From: the human T2T-CHM13v2.0 reference genome, Homo sapiens
DNA length: 64,000 nucleotides
Assembly: GCF_009914755.1 (NCBI RefSeq)
Contig: NC_060925.1
Strand: one strand, 5' to 3'
The notes beneath the pieces were generated by a model. It was not told where the DNA came from, made no database searches, and saw only the letters and a program-made list of their open reading frames with translations. Of this stretch, positions 29,367-42,121 are shown in pieces. Position 1 is the first letter of the stretch. Every line of letters begins with the position of its first letter. Position numbers and translations under genes: made by a program.

Positions 29367-29822
29367 TGTTAAAGAAAAATTATTCATGACCCTTGTTGAA
29401 AACAATAGAGAAGACTTTATTCAAGGGAGGCTATGGGAACGATACAAGGATTACGGCAGTGGAGTCTTGCAGTGTGGGAGAGAGATTGGGCTGGAGTCTG
29501 ACTCTGACAAGGACAAGTAGGGATTTGTAGCCAAGGAGCAAGGTGTGGGGGTCAGTAGATGGAAAATTACTAAGTGGAAACACCAATGTAAGGGAGATTC
29601 TTGCTAGATGGACTCAACAGAATTCTTGCTGAAGGCAGGCCAGGGTGATTAGATGTCGAGGGTAATCAGATAACAAGGGTGGAGGATTTTTGTTAAACTT
29701 TAGCCGGATTCTTGCTCAAACTGGATTCTGTAAGGACAGAGAGGGAAGCCCAGGGTCAGGCCCATTTGAGCAGGGGGCTTATGGAGATCTGATTAGAGTT
29801 AGTTTAATGAGAGTCTTTGTCA
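29367..29822 (-). mobile_element. MER31-like ERV1 solo LTR
   Basis: TGTTAAAGAAAAATTATTCA...GAGAGTCTTTGTCA termini; internal repeated GATTCTTGCT; 4-bp near-TSD CTTG/CCTG. Confidence 0.8.
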
Positions 29823-30101
29823 CCTGCTGAAAAGAATTCGTTTTTATGGCTCAGAATAATAGTGTAATCATAGCAAGAGATGACTTGTCTATGTCCATTT
29901 TATAATAATTCAAAAATCTCAATAATTTCTGAAAAAAAGAAGCATTTGTTATCAGAGTCATAAATGTTGCTATTTATATGCTTAAGTAGTAGTATATCAG
30001 AATTCACAGAAAGGAACAATTATTTAGTGTGCAAGATAGTATATTCCAAATTATTTCATATTATAGAAATAAAAAATATTCCATAGTCCTTAAGCCACGC
30101 C

Positions 30102-30376
<275 letters not shown>

Positions 30377-31764
30377 CCTTAAGCCATTCCTTTTGAGACT
30401 CTGAAGAAAGGGTACGTTCCTAATGTTTTTGGTTTGGATTATCAGTTCATGGCAGAGCAGTGCCTTAATTGTACTTGGTAGTGACCCCTACTAGTTGTTC
30501 AATCATGAATCCTCCAGTACTTTTTATCTGAATAATATGGAGATCCTTTCTTAGTACTTTGTTAGACAGCTTTTCTAGATCGGTTTCCAATAGTAGCGAA
30601 AGAGAAAATCCTTTATCCCATCTTTTCCAGAATTAATATTTTCTGATCACTTCATTTGCAAGAGTAAAGTAAATATTGAAAATACCAAAGTGAGCTTCAG
30701 TCATTTATAAGAATTGTTTAAAGAAGGCAGTCATCAGTTACTTTTTTCACATGATTGTATTGCTGAGAGTAGTATCTGCATTAGTCTCTTAAGCAAGACT
30801 TTAAAAAAATCCTACTGTTGTCCCCACCTTTATTTTTGAAAGATAAACTTAAAATTTACATTTTTAAAAATTTTTAAAAAGTAAAATTTTAAATGACTCA
30901 ACAGGTGATTAGATTCCATCTAAGGATGAGATTGAATTCACGATCTCAGATTCTCAACATATATTTGGCCTTACCTATTGTTAATGAAACTTGCCTGCAA
31001 GGAGGGCTGCATGTTGCAGAACTTAAACGGAGCAATAAAACTATTTATAAATCCAGACACCTTTATGAGGATGTTTCCTTGGTTTCACTTATGTAAGCCG
31101 ACAAAACGATCAGTTGTAAGGAACTGAAGGAAGTAAACACTTGAATGTACTCAAATGTCTAGGCTTTGCTGAACATTATATGATTAAAAAGCAGCCAAGT
31201 TCAGCGTGGACTGAGAACTGCTGACAATGGAGAACATGAGACCCAGAATGGCAAATAATGTTTCAGACATTGACTTGTCAGACTGGTCTCCACCCTGTAC
31301 TTAACCCCATTCTCACCCTTTTTTGGAGGGGAAAGGAATTATCTAGTTAAAAACTGAATCTATAGGACAACCTGTCTCTCCTGAGGCAGCTGACTTATGC
31401 TAATTCTTGCTTAGCTCAGTTTCTTGAGTTTAGCAGAGGAGATCACTGTCACCCACACCCTCTTTAAATCAGCCTCCTGTGGGGCCATGTCTACACAACC
31501 AAGGCCTCATTCATTCGTTTATTCCAAAATATATTTATTGAGTGCCTTCTGTGTGCCAAGGACTGGGGATTCAGTGGTGAATAAACAGATAAAAACACCT
31601 GTCCATAGGGAACTGATATTCTAGTGTGATTACTGCTAGGAGTGTGTCTGAGTTGAATTGAGGCTCAGAAGTAGATGTGTCTGAGAGGCCTCAGGAGTTT
31701 GGAAATGGGGGTGTCCAACCTGTTTCTTTGTCCTCCAACAGGCTTTATTACCTGTGCAGGTATG

Positions 31765-32187
31765 GTAGTAAGTCTGTTTTGCATTTCTTTAAGGAATACC
31801 TGAGGCTGGGTAATATATAAAGAAAAGAGGTTTATTTAGCTCACGGTTCTGCAGGCTGTACAAGAAGCATAGTGCCAGCATCTGCTTCTGGTGAGGGCCT
31901 CAGGCTGCCTCTACTCACAGCAGAAGGTGAAGGGGAGCCTGTGTGTGCAGAAATCACATGATGAGAGAAGCAGCAAGAGAAAGAGGGAAGATGCCAGACT
32001 CTTTTTAACAACCAGCTCCCATGGGAACTAATAAATCAAGAACTCGCTCACCCCTGAGGGAGAACATTAATCTCTTCATGAGAGATCTGCCCCATGACCC
32101 AAATACCTCCCATTAAGCCCCACCTCCAACATTAGAGATCAGATTCCAACATGAGATTTGGAGGGGACAAATATCCAAATCATAGCA
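31765..32187 (-). mobile_element. MSTA/MSTB-type MaLR LTR
   Basis: AAGGAATACCTGAGGCTGGGTAAT...GGGGACAAATATCCAAATCATAGCA. Confidence 0.88.
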
Positions 32188-34479
32188 GGAAGAGACACTC
32201 CCTCCTATGAAAACACAAATTTGAAGAACAGTTGTCTTCAGTGTTATACAAACTGCTTTCTGACTGCATATAAGAGAATTCCGTTTATGGGGTTTTGGTC
32301 TAAAATTATAGTGTCATGTCAGATCTCAATCATTTTAACTTAAGGCAGTTATTCTAGCCTTTGAATACATTTTTCCCCTGAATATTCGTGGTGTTGTGTG
32401 ACAACTATCCAAAATATTTTAAGATTCCATTTTATCAGTAAAACATATGCCAGGCTTTTTAATAGGCAGAGAGTAATTTGGTAGTATCATTCCTCTTATC
32501 CTTTAAAGTTCCTTCATGCTCTAGAATTTAATTCAGTGATTCCTTGTAGAAGCTAGCCTGCCCAACACCATGGGCAGAGATATTGCAGAGAATGCCATTT
32601 TGATACTCTGAGAAGAACATGTAATTCCCATGCCTTGATTTTAAATGCAATTAAAGAGCCATAGTTTTTCAGAAGAAAGAGTACTCTTTGGCAAACAGTA
32701 GTCATTGCAGAGGTTTGGTCCTTAATCTGTTTTCAGGGTAGTTATTTCATGGTTACTGGATGTTATAGGGACGTGCTTCTGAACATTGGTTTAGTTTTTA
32801 TGGGTCTTGAATTTCAGATTGTGACATAAAACAGTTTTCTAGTACATGGTGCCAGTGTTTTAATCATTAGAAGCCAGAAAGTAATAGGCCATTCCTCATG
32901 TTGGCTGATGACCCCAGGCTAAACCTCCAAGCTGTGTTTAGGACAGTGAATCAGGTTCCAGGGCTAGTTCACTCAGCCTTCAAAATGATTTTTTACCCCA
33001 ACCCAGTCTTCTCATGGGCCCCTTTGTACACACACCTGAAGTTCACTTGTTTTCTGTTTTTGAGGCACTAATTGTAACTACATAATCAGATGTCAGTTTG
33101 GTAGTCTAGAAACTCTATTTGAAGAAAATACGTAATAATTTTGTTAGTCATTTTCTTTTTAATGGTGTTTCAAGAAGTGTTTGAGATCGATGAAATGATA
33201 TTCTTTTCTATGATCTAATGAAGAAACCTCCCACAGTTGTGGGCAGCATTTTTGGAAAAGAGTAGCCAGGTCCAGTGAAAAGCAAATCTAATACCATTAG
33301 TCTTTGAACTTTAATGGAATTAGCCAGATTTCCTGAAATAGTCCTAGAAGACTATCAAAAGCCCTAGGGGAGCTAAACTTGATTGAAAATATTATAGGAA
33401 CTTGACCATATATAGCTTAGACCTCTGTGGCATAGGCTGCTAAATTTCCCAAGGGAGAAATGTCATTGGGTCACCTTTCAAAGAGTCATTGTTGATGGTT
33501 ATGAATTCAACAGATAAGCTTGAGGTTGAAGAGAAGTGACTTTGATTGTGTTTTAGGGACAAGGTCTTAACAAAGTATTGTCTAAATTTGTATTTGAGGA
33601 TATTAGAAATCCAGAAACCACCATTTCTGGAACTATTCTGCGATGGCACTTTCTCAAGTTGGAGCCAAGAATGGTTGAATTTTCAGAAAGCAAAGGATTT
33701 CTTGATGACTTGACCAGCAAGTATTAGAGGACAGCCTTCTCATTGCTGAAGGTTGTGTTCTATATTTTCATCATCTGCTGGGTGCCAGGCACTGTGCTAG
33801 CTTTGGGCATGTAGTGGTGAACAAAACAGATGTTCTCTCTGAATTTATGGAGTGGATAGTCTAGTAGGGGTGACACACATTATTAAATAAGCAAATAAGC
33901 CAAAGTTTAATTACACTTTGTAACAGATACTATGAAGGAAAAGAACAGATATGATTTGGGAGTGCTATTAGAGTTTTGGTCATAGGAGAAGACCTGAGGA
34001 AATGCATTTGTTTGATGATTTACCAGTATTTTAAATGTAATTTCTGGTTTCACAGAACTTGAGTAAGCTGCACAAGGGAAAAAAACTCATCTTCTGTAAT
34101 TCCTCCCAGTTTCTTAAGCCACTCAGTAAATGCTGACTACGGTTTTGTGGATCCATTTTGTGGTGTCTGTTTTCCTTTAGGCAATCCTCCCTCTGTCTAA
34201 TTTGGATACAGAATCTAAATCTTTATGAGTCTGTAATAGTACCTGGCCATTACTGGTCTATAATCAGTGCTCATATAATTGTTGAATGAATTAGTGAAGG
34301 TTACAAATTGAGTGTGGTTTATCAGTTAAAAGTGCTCTCCCAATTATCTGATGGAACCACAAACCTTCTCTTTTCCCATTATGCCCCTCCTTCTTAACAC
34401 AGGTGTTCCCAGCATTCTCTCCCCAAGAGTAATACCCTATGGCCCCAGGGCTCCATCTATCTCTTTTCTACATATAAGT

Positions 34480-34935
34480 CCCAAGCCTACAGGTTCTAGC
34501 CCTGTTTTCTCCTGCAGAGTATCAGTCCCCACCCCAGTTTCTTACTGCTTGCCAGTCCTCTCCACTAAAATGTCCTCCTGGAAACTCAGACGTGTGTGCA
34601 ACTCTTCCCCCTTTGCCTCCTTAAGTCTTTAGAGGTCACCTTCTCAGAGAGTCCTCCTCTGGGCCCTGCACTTAAAACTGCAAGCTACTCTCCCATCCCA
34701 CCTCACCCCACACTCAATCCCTAATCAACTTCCATGCTTTTTCCCCCCATAGCACTTATTCATCATTCTCTGTAACTTATTTTCTTTATTTTCTGTATCC
34801 ACCCTCTCACTCTCTTTTTTTATAAGAATTAAGCTCCATGAGGACAGGATTTTTTTTTCTGTTTTGTTTACTACTGTGTCCCCCTGTGCCTGTCATGTGG
34901 TAGGAATTCACTAAATGTTTGTTGAATAAATGAAT
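34480..34935 (+). mobile_element. L2 fragments with 3' terminus
   Basis: AAGCTCCATGAGGACAGG...TAAATGTTTGTTGAATAAATGAAT. Confidence 0.7.
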
Positions 34936-35184
34936 ATTTAATGTTCAGGCATTATATATATATAATATATCATAATGCTTCTATTGCATTAGGAGACAGT
35001 GAACAAGTCAGACGCTTGCACTGATCTGTACTGTCACTGTGAATGTAACAAATACAGACTGATCCAAGTGTTCCTGGTGGTGACTCAGATATCAGGAGTG
35101 TCTTTGACCATAGATGATGTGATTTTCTGAAATGATAGACAATTCTTGATTGAATTCAGACAAAAACAATGCTCCCAGCAAAGT

Positions 35185-35395
35185 GGAATGGTGGTGAGAA
35201 AGGATTCTGAAGCCATACTGCTTAGGTTTGAATCTCTCCTGCCATTTGCCAGCTGAGTGGCTAGTCACGTGATGTCTCCATGTTTCATTTCCTCATCTAC
35301 AACATAGGAATAATAATAATTCTTCCTCATTTAGGAGCTTGTTACAAGAATTAGATGAGCAGTGTTTAGCACACAGAAACACTAAGTGTTTCTTA
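35185..35395 (+). mobile_element. MIR SINE fragment
   Basis: GGTTTGAATC..TGCCATTTGCCAGCTG..TTTCCTCATCTAC..TAATAATA core. Confidence 0.65.
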
Positions 35396-38300
35396 AGTAA
35401 ATTATTATTCAGTAGCTTCGTTCCTGGAAATTTAGGGTATATTAAACTCATGTAAAAGTACTTTATATTTAAATTTAAAACAGTGAGCTTCTAGACTAAT
35501 TTAGTAATAATCAAGTTTCTTTTTAACCTACATGAATTATATGAGATATAAGACAGTTGTCATATGGGACTGTCCTGTGTGTCACAGAACGGCCAGCATC
35601 CCTGACCCCTGCTCACTAAATTTTAGTAATACCCTTCAATCATCATGACCACTTAGAGTGCCTGGAAGGTTGGTGGTTTTTACATACACTGTTCTAGCGA
35701 GGCCTATACATTTGTTTTGTGACATCATTATAGATCATCTAACTAGACAAGCTCTCCCTATCTGAATCCTCATTGCCCAGTGTCCACAATACCCTTATCA
35801 CAGTGAACAAATTCTGCTATGTCACAGCTGAATGTGTGCTGTCTCTTTTTTTCCCTCCCTGCCTTTGGACACTTCCCATCCTGAATCTCTCCTGTCAGAG
35901 GAACTGTTTTTAATTTATTTCAGCAAAAGGAATACGTGGTGGTGGCCAGAAGCTCTTTGCCCCATGCATGTGTTCTCCCTTAAGCCTCCAGAAAGATTCT
36001 TGAGTTTGGAAGCACTTACCCCATCTGCAGTTTTACTGTTACTCACTCAGCGTTCTTCCCACTTATAACTGAGGGGCTCTAGTTTTACCACGCTCCCTGA
36101 CCAGCTTCAATTTCACCCCACCTCAATTTTTGCCAGGCACTTCTTAAGGGAGCCAAACTTCATTTCTAAAAGTATTTTAACATTATTCAATTAAATGGAA
36201 CATTTATAAATTGGTTATAAGGGAAAAGATCAATATTGGAGTTCCCATGGAAGGTTTATAAGAAGAAGTGGGCCTCAAAGAATTAATAGAATTGGACTAA
36301 GTAGAAAATTAGACTGGGCAGAAAAGAGCAGGAAAGGAGGGGGTTTGTTTGTTTGCCAAGCAGAGGGAAAAAATACTAACAGAAATGCAGTGCATGGTGT
36401 GTAGGGATGGTCAAAACCAGGACTCAGATTGAAAATTATAAGTAAGAATGGCACAGTAGAGTTAACTTAGGGAAGTTCTTGGAAACCACAGTAAAAACAT
36501 GACATTCTACCACTTCCTTGTTCATTGTGTTCCCGCCTCCCTTGTTTTTCTGTTTGTTTTTGTTGAAGAGGTCTCTCGTGGTCCATGAGTGAGTGGATAT
36601 TTATTTACCTTCCATGCCTCCACACTTGTGTACCCCACACCCCAGGGGATTCAGGCACATATACAGCAGCACTACCTGTCACCAGCCTAGTTTACACAGA
36701 GAAAGCTACCTCTTTTTAGGGTTAGTGTTTGATTCTGAATAGAAATCTCATTATTTATGCTTCTTTGCAAAGTACTGGTGAAGTCTTATCACTTTTTAAT
36801 ATTAAACTTCATGTAAATGTTTTGGATATTTAATTGTTTATGATCAAGGTGTCTGGCTTGTGTGTTAGTCATCTCCCAGCTAACAGTCTCTTGGCAGGCC
36901 ATGCTTAATTCAGTTATTGCATGTTAACAGGCTGTTCAAAATTCCACATTGCCTAGAGTTTTTCCACCTCCAATGTCCAGACACTTTTTCTGGCTTCTCC
37001 AACCCTCTGGGCATTCAGAATCATAGTTTAGTGCTCATATTTGAAGCCATTTAGCTCTTTCCTTTTTATTTGCCTGATTAATTTTGAATTTGAATTAATC
37101 ATACTTTATACCCTTTTCCTGACTCAGTTCAGTGTTCATCTCATTCTGTTTACTCAGAAAGCCCAGAACATAAGATTTGAACCATTTGTGCAGTGCCCAA
37201 ATGTGTGCTGATGGAAGAGTGAACCTTTAATGTTTTGACTCCCATACTATTTGGTTCTATTTTTCCTAAATAAGTCATGGTCTTTTTTCATTAAGTATAC
37301 ATTTACAAAAATGGTTCAGTCTTTGCACATAACTCAGCTCTCACAATTCCCTAATCTAATGTTGACCATGTTCTATTTTGTCATAAAACCCATGATTTTA
37401 CTGCTTTCTCTTTACTAGAGCCCTGCATATTAGCAGTGAAGACCTGGTCCTTAATGAAAGTGTGGGGTCCATCCTCAGTGTCTCATATCCCTGCCTGTGT
37501 TTTCCTTCAGGAGACCTTCCTTTCCTTCCTATCTAAGCCAGAGTCTTCTCTGTTTCCCCAGTTAAAACTCGATCTGATAGTTTTTATTCAGACTGACAGG
37601 CAAGTTGTAGGCAACGATTGAAGGTGGCTTTCTTCCCAGGGGTGGCCAGAACTCAAAGTCTTAAAGTAAAGGGTAGCAGGAGCTTCATCTGCCATGATTA
37701 AGAGGAGTTCTGGGGGCTCTCTGCTGCTCCTGGGTGCATACTATATAAACAGATGCCCAGCCACCCAGGGGAGGGACCTACAAAGATCATGAGTTACCAC
37801 GAGCTGTTTCCAGTTTGTCCTCCTTTAATTAAAATAATTAGAGCCTCGTCAGTAATGACGAGATTGCCTCACTAACTGTCCAAGGGTGTTAGTACTAAGC
37901 CACCCAAAGAACCTTTTTATAATGTCTCATAGAGTAGACCAGAGAATGTTGCTGTGACTCCTTTATCATTTATAGAGATGTGGCTATGTTGGGACTCCTA
38001 ATGGCATGTTACCCCAAATGCTGAACTATCCAGCTTGTCACTCAGAAGGAGCTTCCTGACTTCAGCTTCAGGCATTCACATGCTATCTGGTAGAGTCGTC
38101 TTCTAGCAATGCTGATAGTTTCCTTGGTCCAGAATTTGTTACCTTCAGAAGAAGAGTGTGAGGAAGAGATCCCGTTCTAAAGCCACCTAGACCAAACCTA
38201 GCCTGAGTCTCCTTCTGGTTGGGCTTAAGATGACAATGCCATTCCAACCATGGCTAGGAACTCCTGAGTCTTGGAATCAGATCATAGCTTTACATTTCCC

Positions 38301-38562
38301 TCAAAGCATCTGAGCTTACATTCCCAGGTTTTCCATCTCTTCTTGATATTTAAAGCTTTAAAAAACTGCAGTTATCAGTTTAAACCATAACAGGCACGTG
38401 GGCTCTAATGACTTCTGCAGGTGGTTTGGGCTGTATTAGAGAACCTAGTCTTGATCTTAAACTGTCATCTGGATTCTGAGTTAATCCAGGAAACCAGTAA
38501 GAATTAGTAATGTGTATTGCATGTCTCTGATACATGTGTTTTCCATTATTTGGTCTTCCACA

Positions 38563-38597
38563 GTGCATGCGCATACACACACACACACGCACACACA
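38563..38597. repeat. Alternating purine-pyrimidine (CA)n microsatellite
   Basis: GTGCATGCGCATACACACACACACACGCACACACA. Confidence 0.85.
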
Positions 38598-40623
38598 GCC
38601 CTTCAGTTTTTCTAAAATGGGGAGAGAGGGACTATGGTTCCAAAAGGAAATGACTGGTGTGGTGCCTTGAAATCTGAACTTAGTCACGTGTTGTAAATGA
38701 AATGACTCCAGGCACATTAACAAGATTTCTTTCTTTCATCTCCTACTTTTTGGAAAACCCTTTGATGAGAAACATTGGCTAACTTATAGACTTTCAGATT
38801 TATTTCTGTAAAGATAAGTAATAGCCATTGCAAAGCAGCCGTACTTGTGAAATTGGAGTTAAGCTTCCATAACAGCGGTCTTAAAGAATAGGTAGGGTTA
38901 GTTAATACACAGCAGCAACCAGCTGTTCTTCCTCCCTGCTGAGACTGGGAAAGAAGGAAATTAACTTCAACTATAATGGAAGAGATTTTCAAAACTGGTA
39001 ATGGGAAATTTATCATCAATGAAGACTATTTTAAACATTGGAACAAATGAGTGACCAACAGAAATGGAGGAATTATGTATTCTATTGGATTTAAAATAGA
39101 ATATATCATCTGCTCAAGACACTTAGAATTGGTAGATTAGATCTGTCTAATAATTTTTAACTCTTGGGGGTCACAGACCCCATTCAGAATCTGATGGCCC
39201 CTCTCTCCAAAAACATGCACACACAAAACTTTGCGTATGATTTCAGGGAACTTACAGACTCCCTGAAGTCTATAAATTAGACCTGAATTTAGGACACCCT
39301 GGACTAGATGATCTCCAAAAGTCTGTTTTAGCTCTCTAAGTGACAAGCTCCACAGCATAGTTGTCCCATACATAACAATGGAATCTGAAGACCAAATGTC
39401 AGACTTTGCATTTTCTTCCTCCAGATTTGTAATGCTTGGCATGCTCAGTGTCAAAGTTAAAAAAAAAAAAGTAGAATAGAAAGAATTCTACGTTTAAATT
39501 CAATTCTTTGTCTTGGAAAAGCCAAACATTTAATTTTAAAAATCACTGGTTGGCTCTGTGTCATCTTTGTAGAAAGGCAGTACAGAACTAGGTTGTCGCC
39601 GGCAGTTCTTCCCCAGCCCCACACCCCGCTCTGGATTCATGGATGAAAATGCAAACTCAGATGCCATATTAACTACTCAGAATTCTCCCATGTTCACACA
39701 TCTTTTTACTGTATTGCTGTGATTGTTCAGTTGGGCTTGAAAAATATTATTTATTTTCTCATCAGTTTTATGTCTAAGTTTCATTGACTACAAGTTGGAA
39801 GATGACCACCCAGAATTACAAATCAGGGAGTAATTTGGTCCTCTCCCTAAAATAAAGAGCTTTTATCCTCTTAAGAAGTAGGAATGGAGTATAGTCTGTG
39901 TCTGTGTATTTTAAACTCATGATAATGAGTTGCCCCATATGTAGAAAGCATGACTCTATATGGTTTTCCCATTCCCTTCTGTAAATATTCTCTAGCTTAC
40001 CTGCAAGTTCTGTAGACTCCCTTTAATTCCATGTTGGAATTGTACTTGACACTTTGTGCCTGGAATCAGGAACTCTGGAAATAAAGATCGCCTCAATATG
40101 GAAGGGAAGTGATCTCTGGAAAAGAGCATAATTGTCAGATGTCTATAACTTGTCAGTTTTCACTGTACCTCACACTCCTAATGGCAAACCTTTAAATTCA
40201 TAGTTGGAAGTGTCTTAATGAAGTCAGAAATATTACTGATGAATAGGAGCTAAGCGTACTTGGCCAGGGTCTCCTTACCATTCACATGGAATGCTGGTCC
40301 TTTTGACAGTTGTTTCTTCCCATTGTTGAAGGCAGGGAGGAGGACTTAGGGATTCTTCTCTGTATTCCCCACTAAAAACCCCTTCTGTTCCAGTTGCTCC
40401 AATCAGAGTAATACACTGCACAGAAAGCATACAAGATATACGATGTCTGTGGACAGATGCTCTGTGGCATTATTAACCCTGGCAGTTGCTTTAGCTGTTG
40501 TTTAGTCAATGGAGGTTGTTTGGGAGCTAGAATTGGGAGAGAACAGGTGATCCTGGCACCCAGCCCACTTGTAGCTCTGCTTACTGACTGAGAGTCCCTC
40601 TGCACCCCTTGAAAGTTTACTGA

Positions 40624-40938
<315 letters not shown>

Positions 40939-41073
40939 CACCCTGCAGCTATGCTGGAAAACTGAGCGTGGGACCCTGCCAGACTGAAGAGCAGGTGAGC
41001 AAAATGCTGCTTTCTGCCTTGGTGGCAGGCAGAGAACTGTCTCGTACTAGAATTCAAGGAGAAAAGAAGAAGA

Positions 41074-41079
41074 AATAAA
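41074..41079 (+). terminator. Proximal poly(A) signal candidate (AATAAA)
   Basis: AATAAA 135 nt after the stop codon, followed by a T-rich stretch. Confidence 0.5.
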
Positions 41080-41688
41080 AGAAGCTGCTCCATTTTTCAT
41101 CATCTACCCATCTATTTGGAAAGCACTGGAATTCAGATGCAAGAGAACAATGTTTCTTCAGTGGCAAATGTAGCCCTGCATCCTCCAGTGTTACCTGGTG
41201 TAGATTTTTTTTTCTGTACCTTTCTAAACCTCTCTTCCCTCTGTGATGGTTTTGTGTTTAAACAGTCATCTTCTTTTAAATAATATCCACCTCTCCTTTT
41301 TGCCATTTCACTTATTGATTCATAAAGTGAATTTTATTTAAAGCTATGCCACACATGCATGTTCAAATGGTTTCCACTGATTCGATTTTTCATTCATTTA
41401 ATGCAAACCCATTCTGGATATTGTGCTTATTTGAGAAAACACATTTCAAAACCAGAAAAGCCAAAAACACTCCAAAAACAAGCAAAACAATTTGGAGCTT
41501 TAGATAAAAGGAAAAACTCCCAGTTGGTAAAGTTTATCTTTACTTAGGATTTGTGGCTCACACCTAAACAAAGGGGGTCAGGGAGTGGGTACAAATTTGA
41601 GAAAATAGAAGGGTAAGGGAAGGGCCAGTGGTGGGGTTTGGAGAGAGGAGATAGCTCCATTAATACACATGTTTAAAAGATGGAAAGT

Positions 41689-42121
<433 letters not shown>

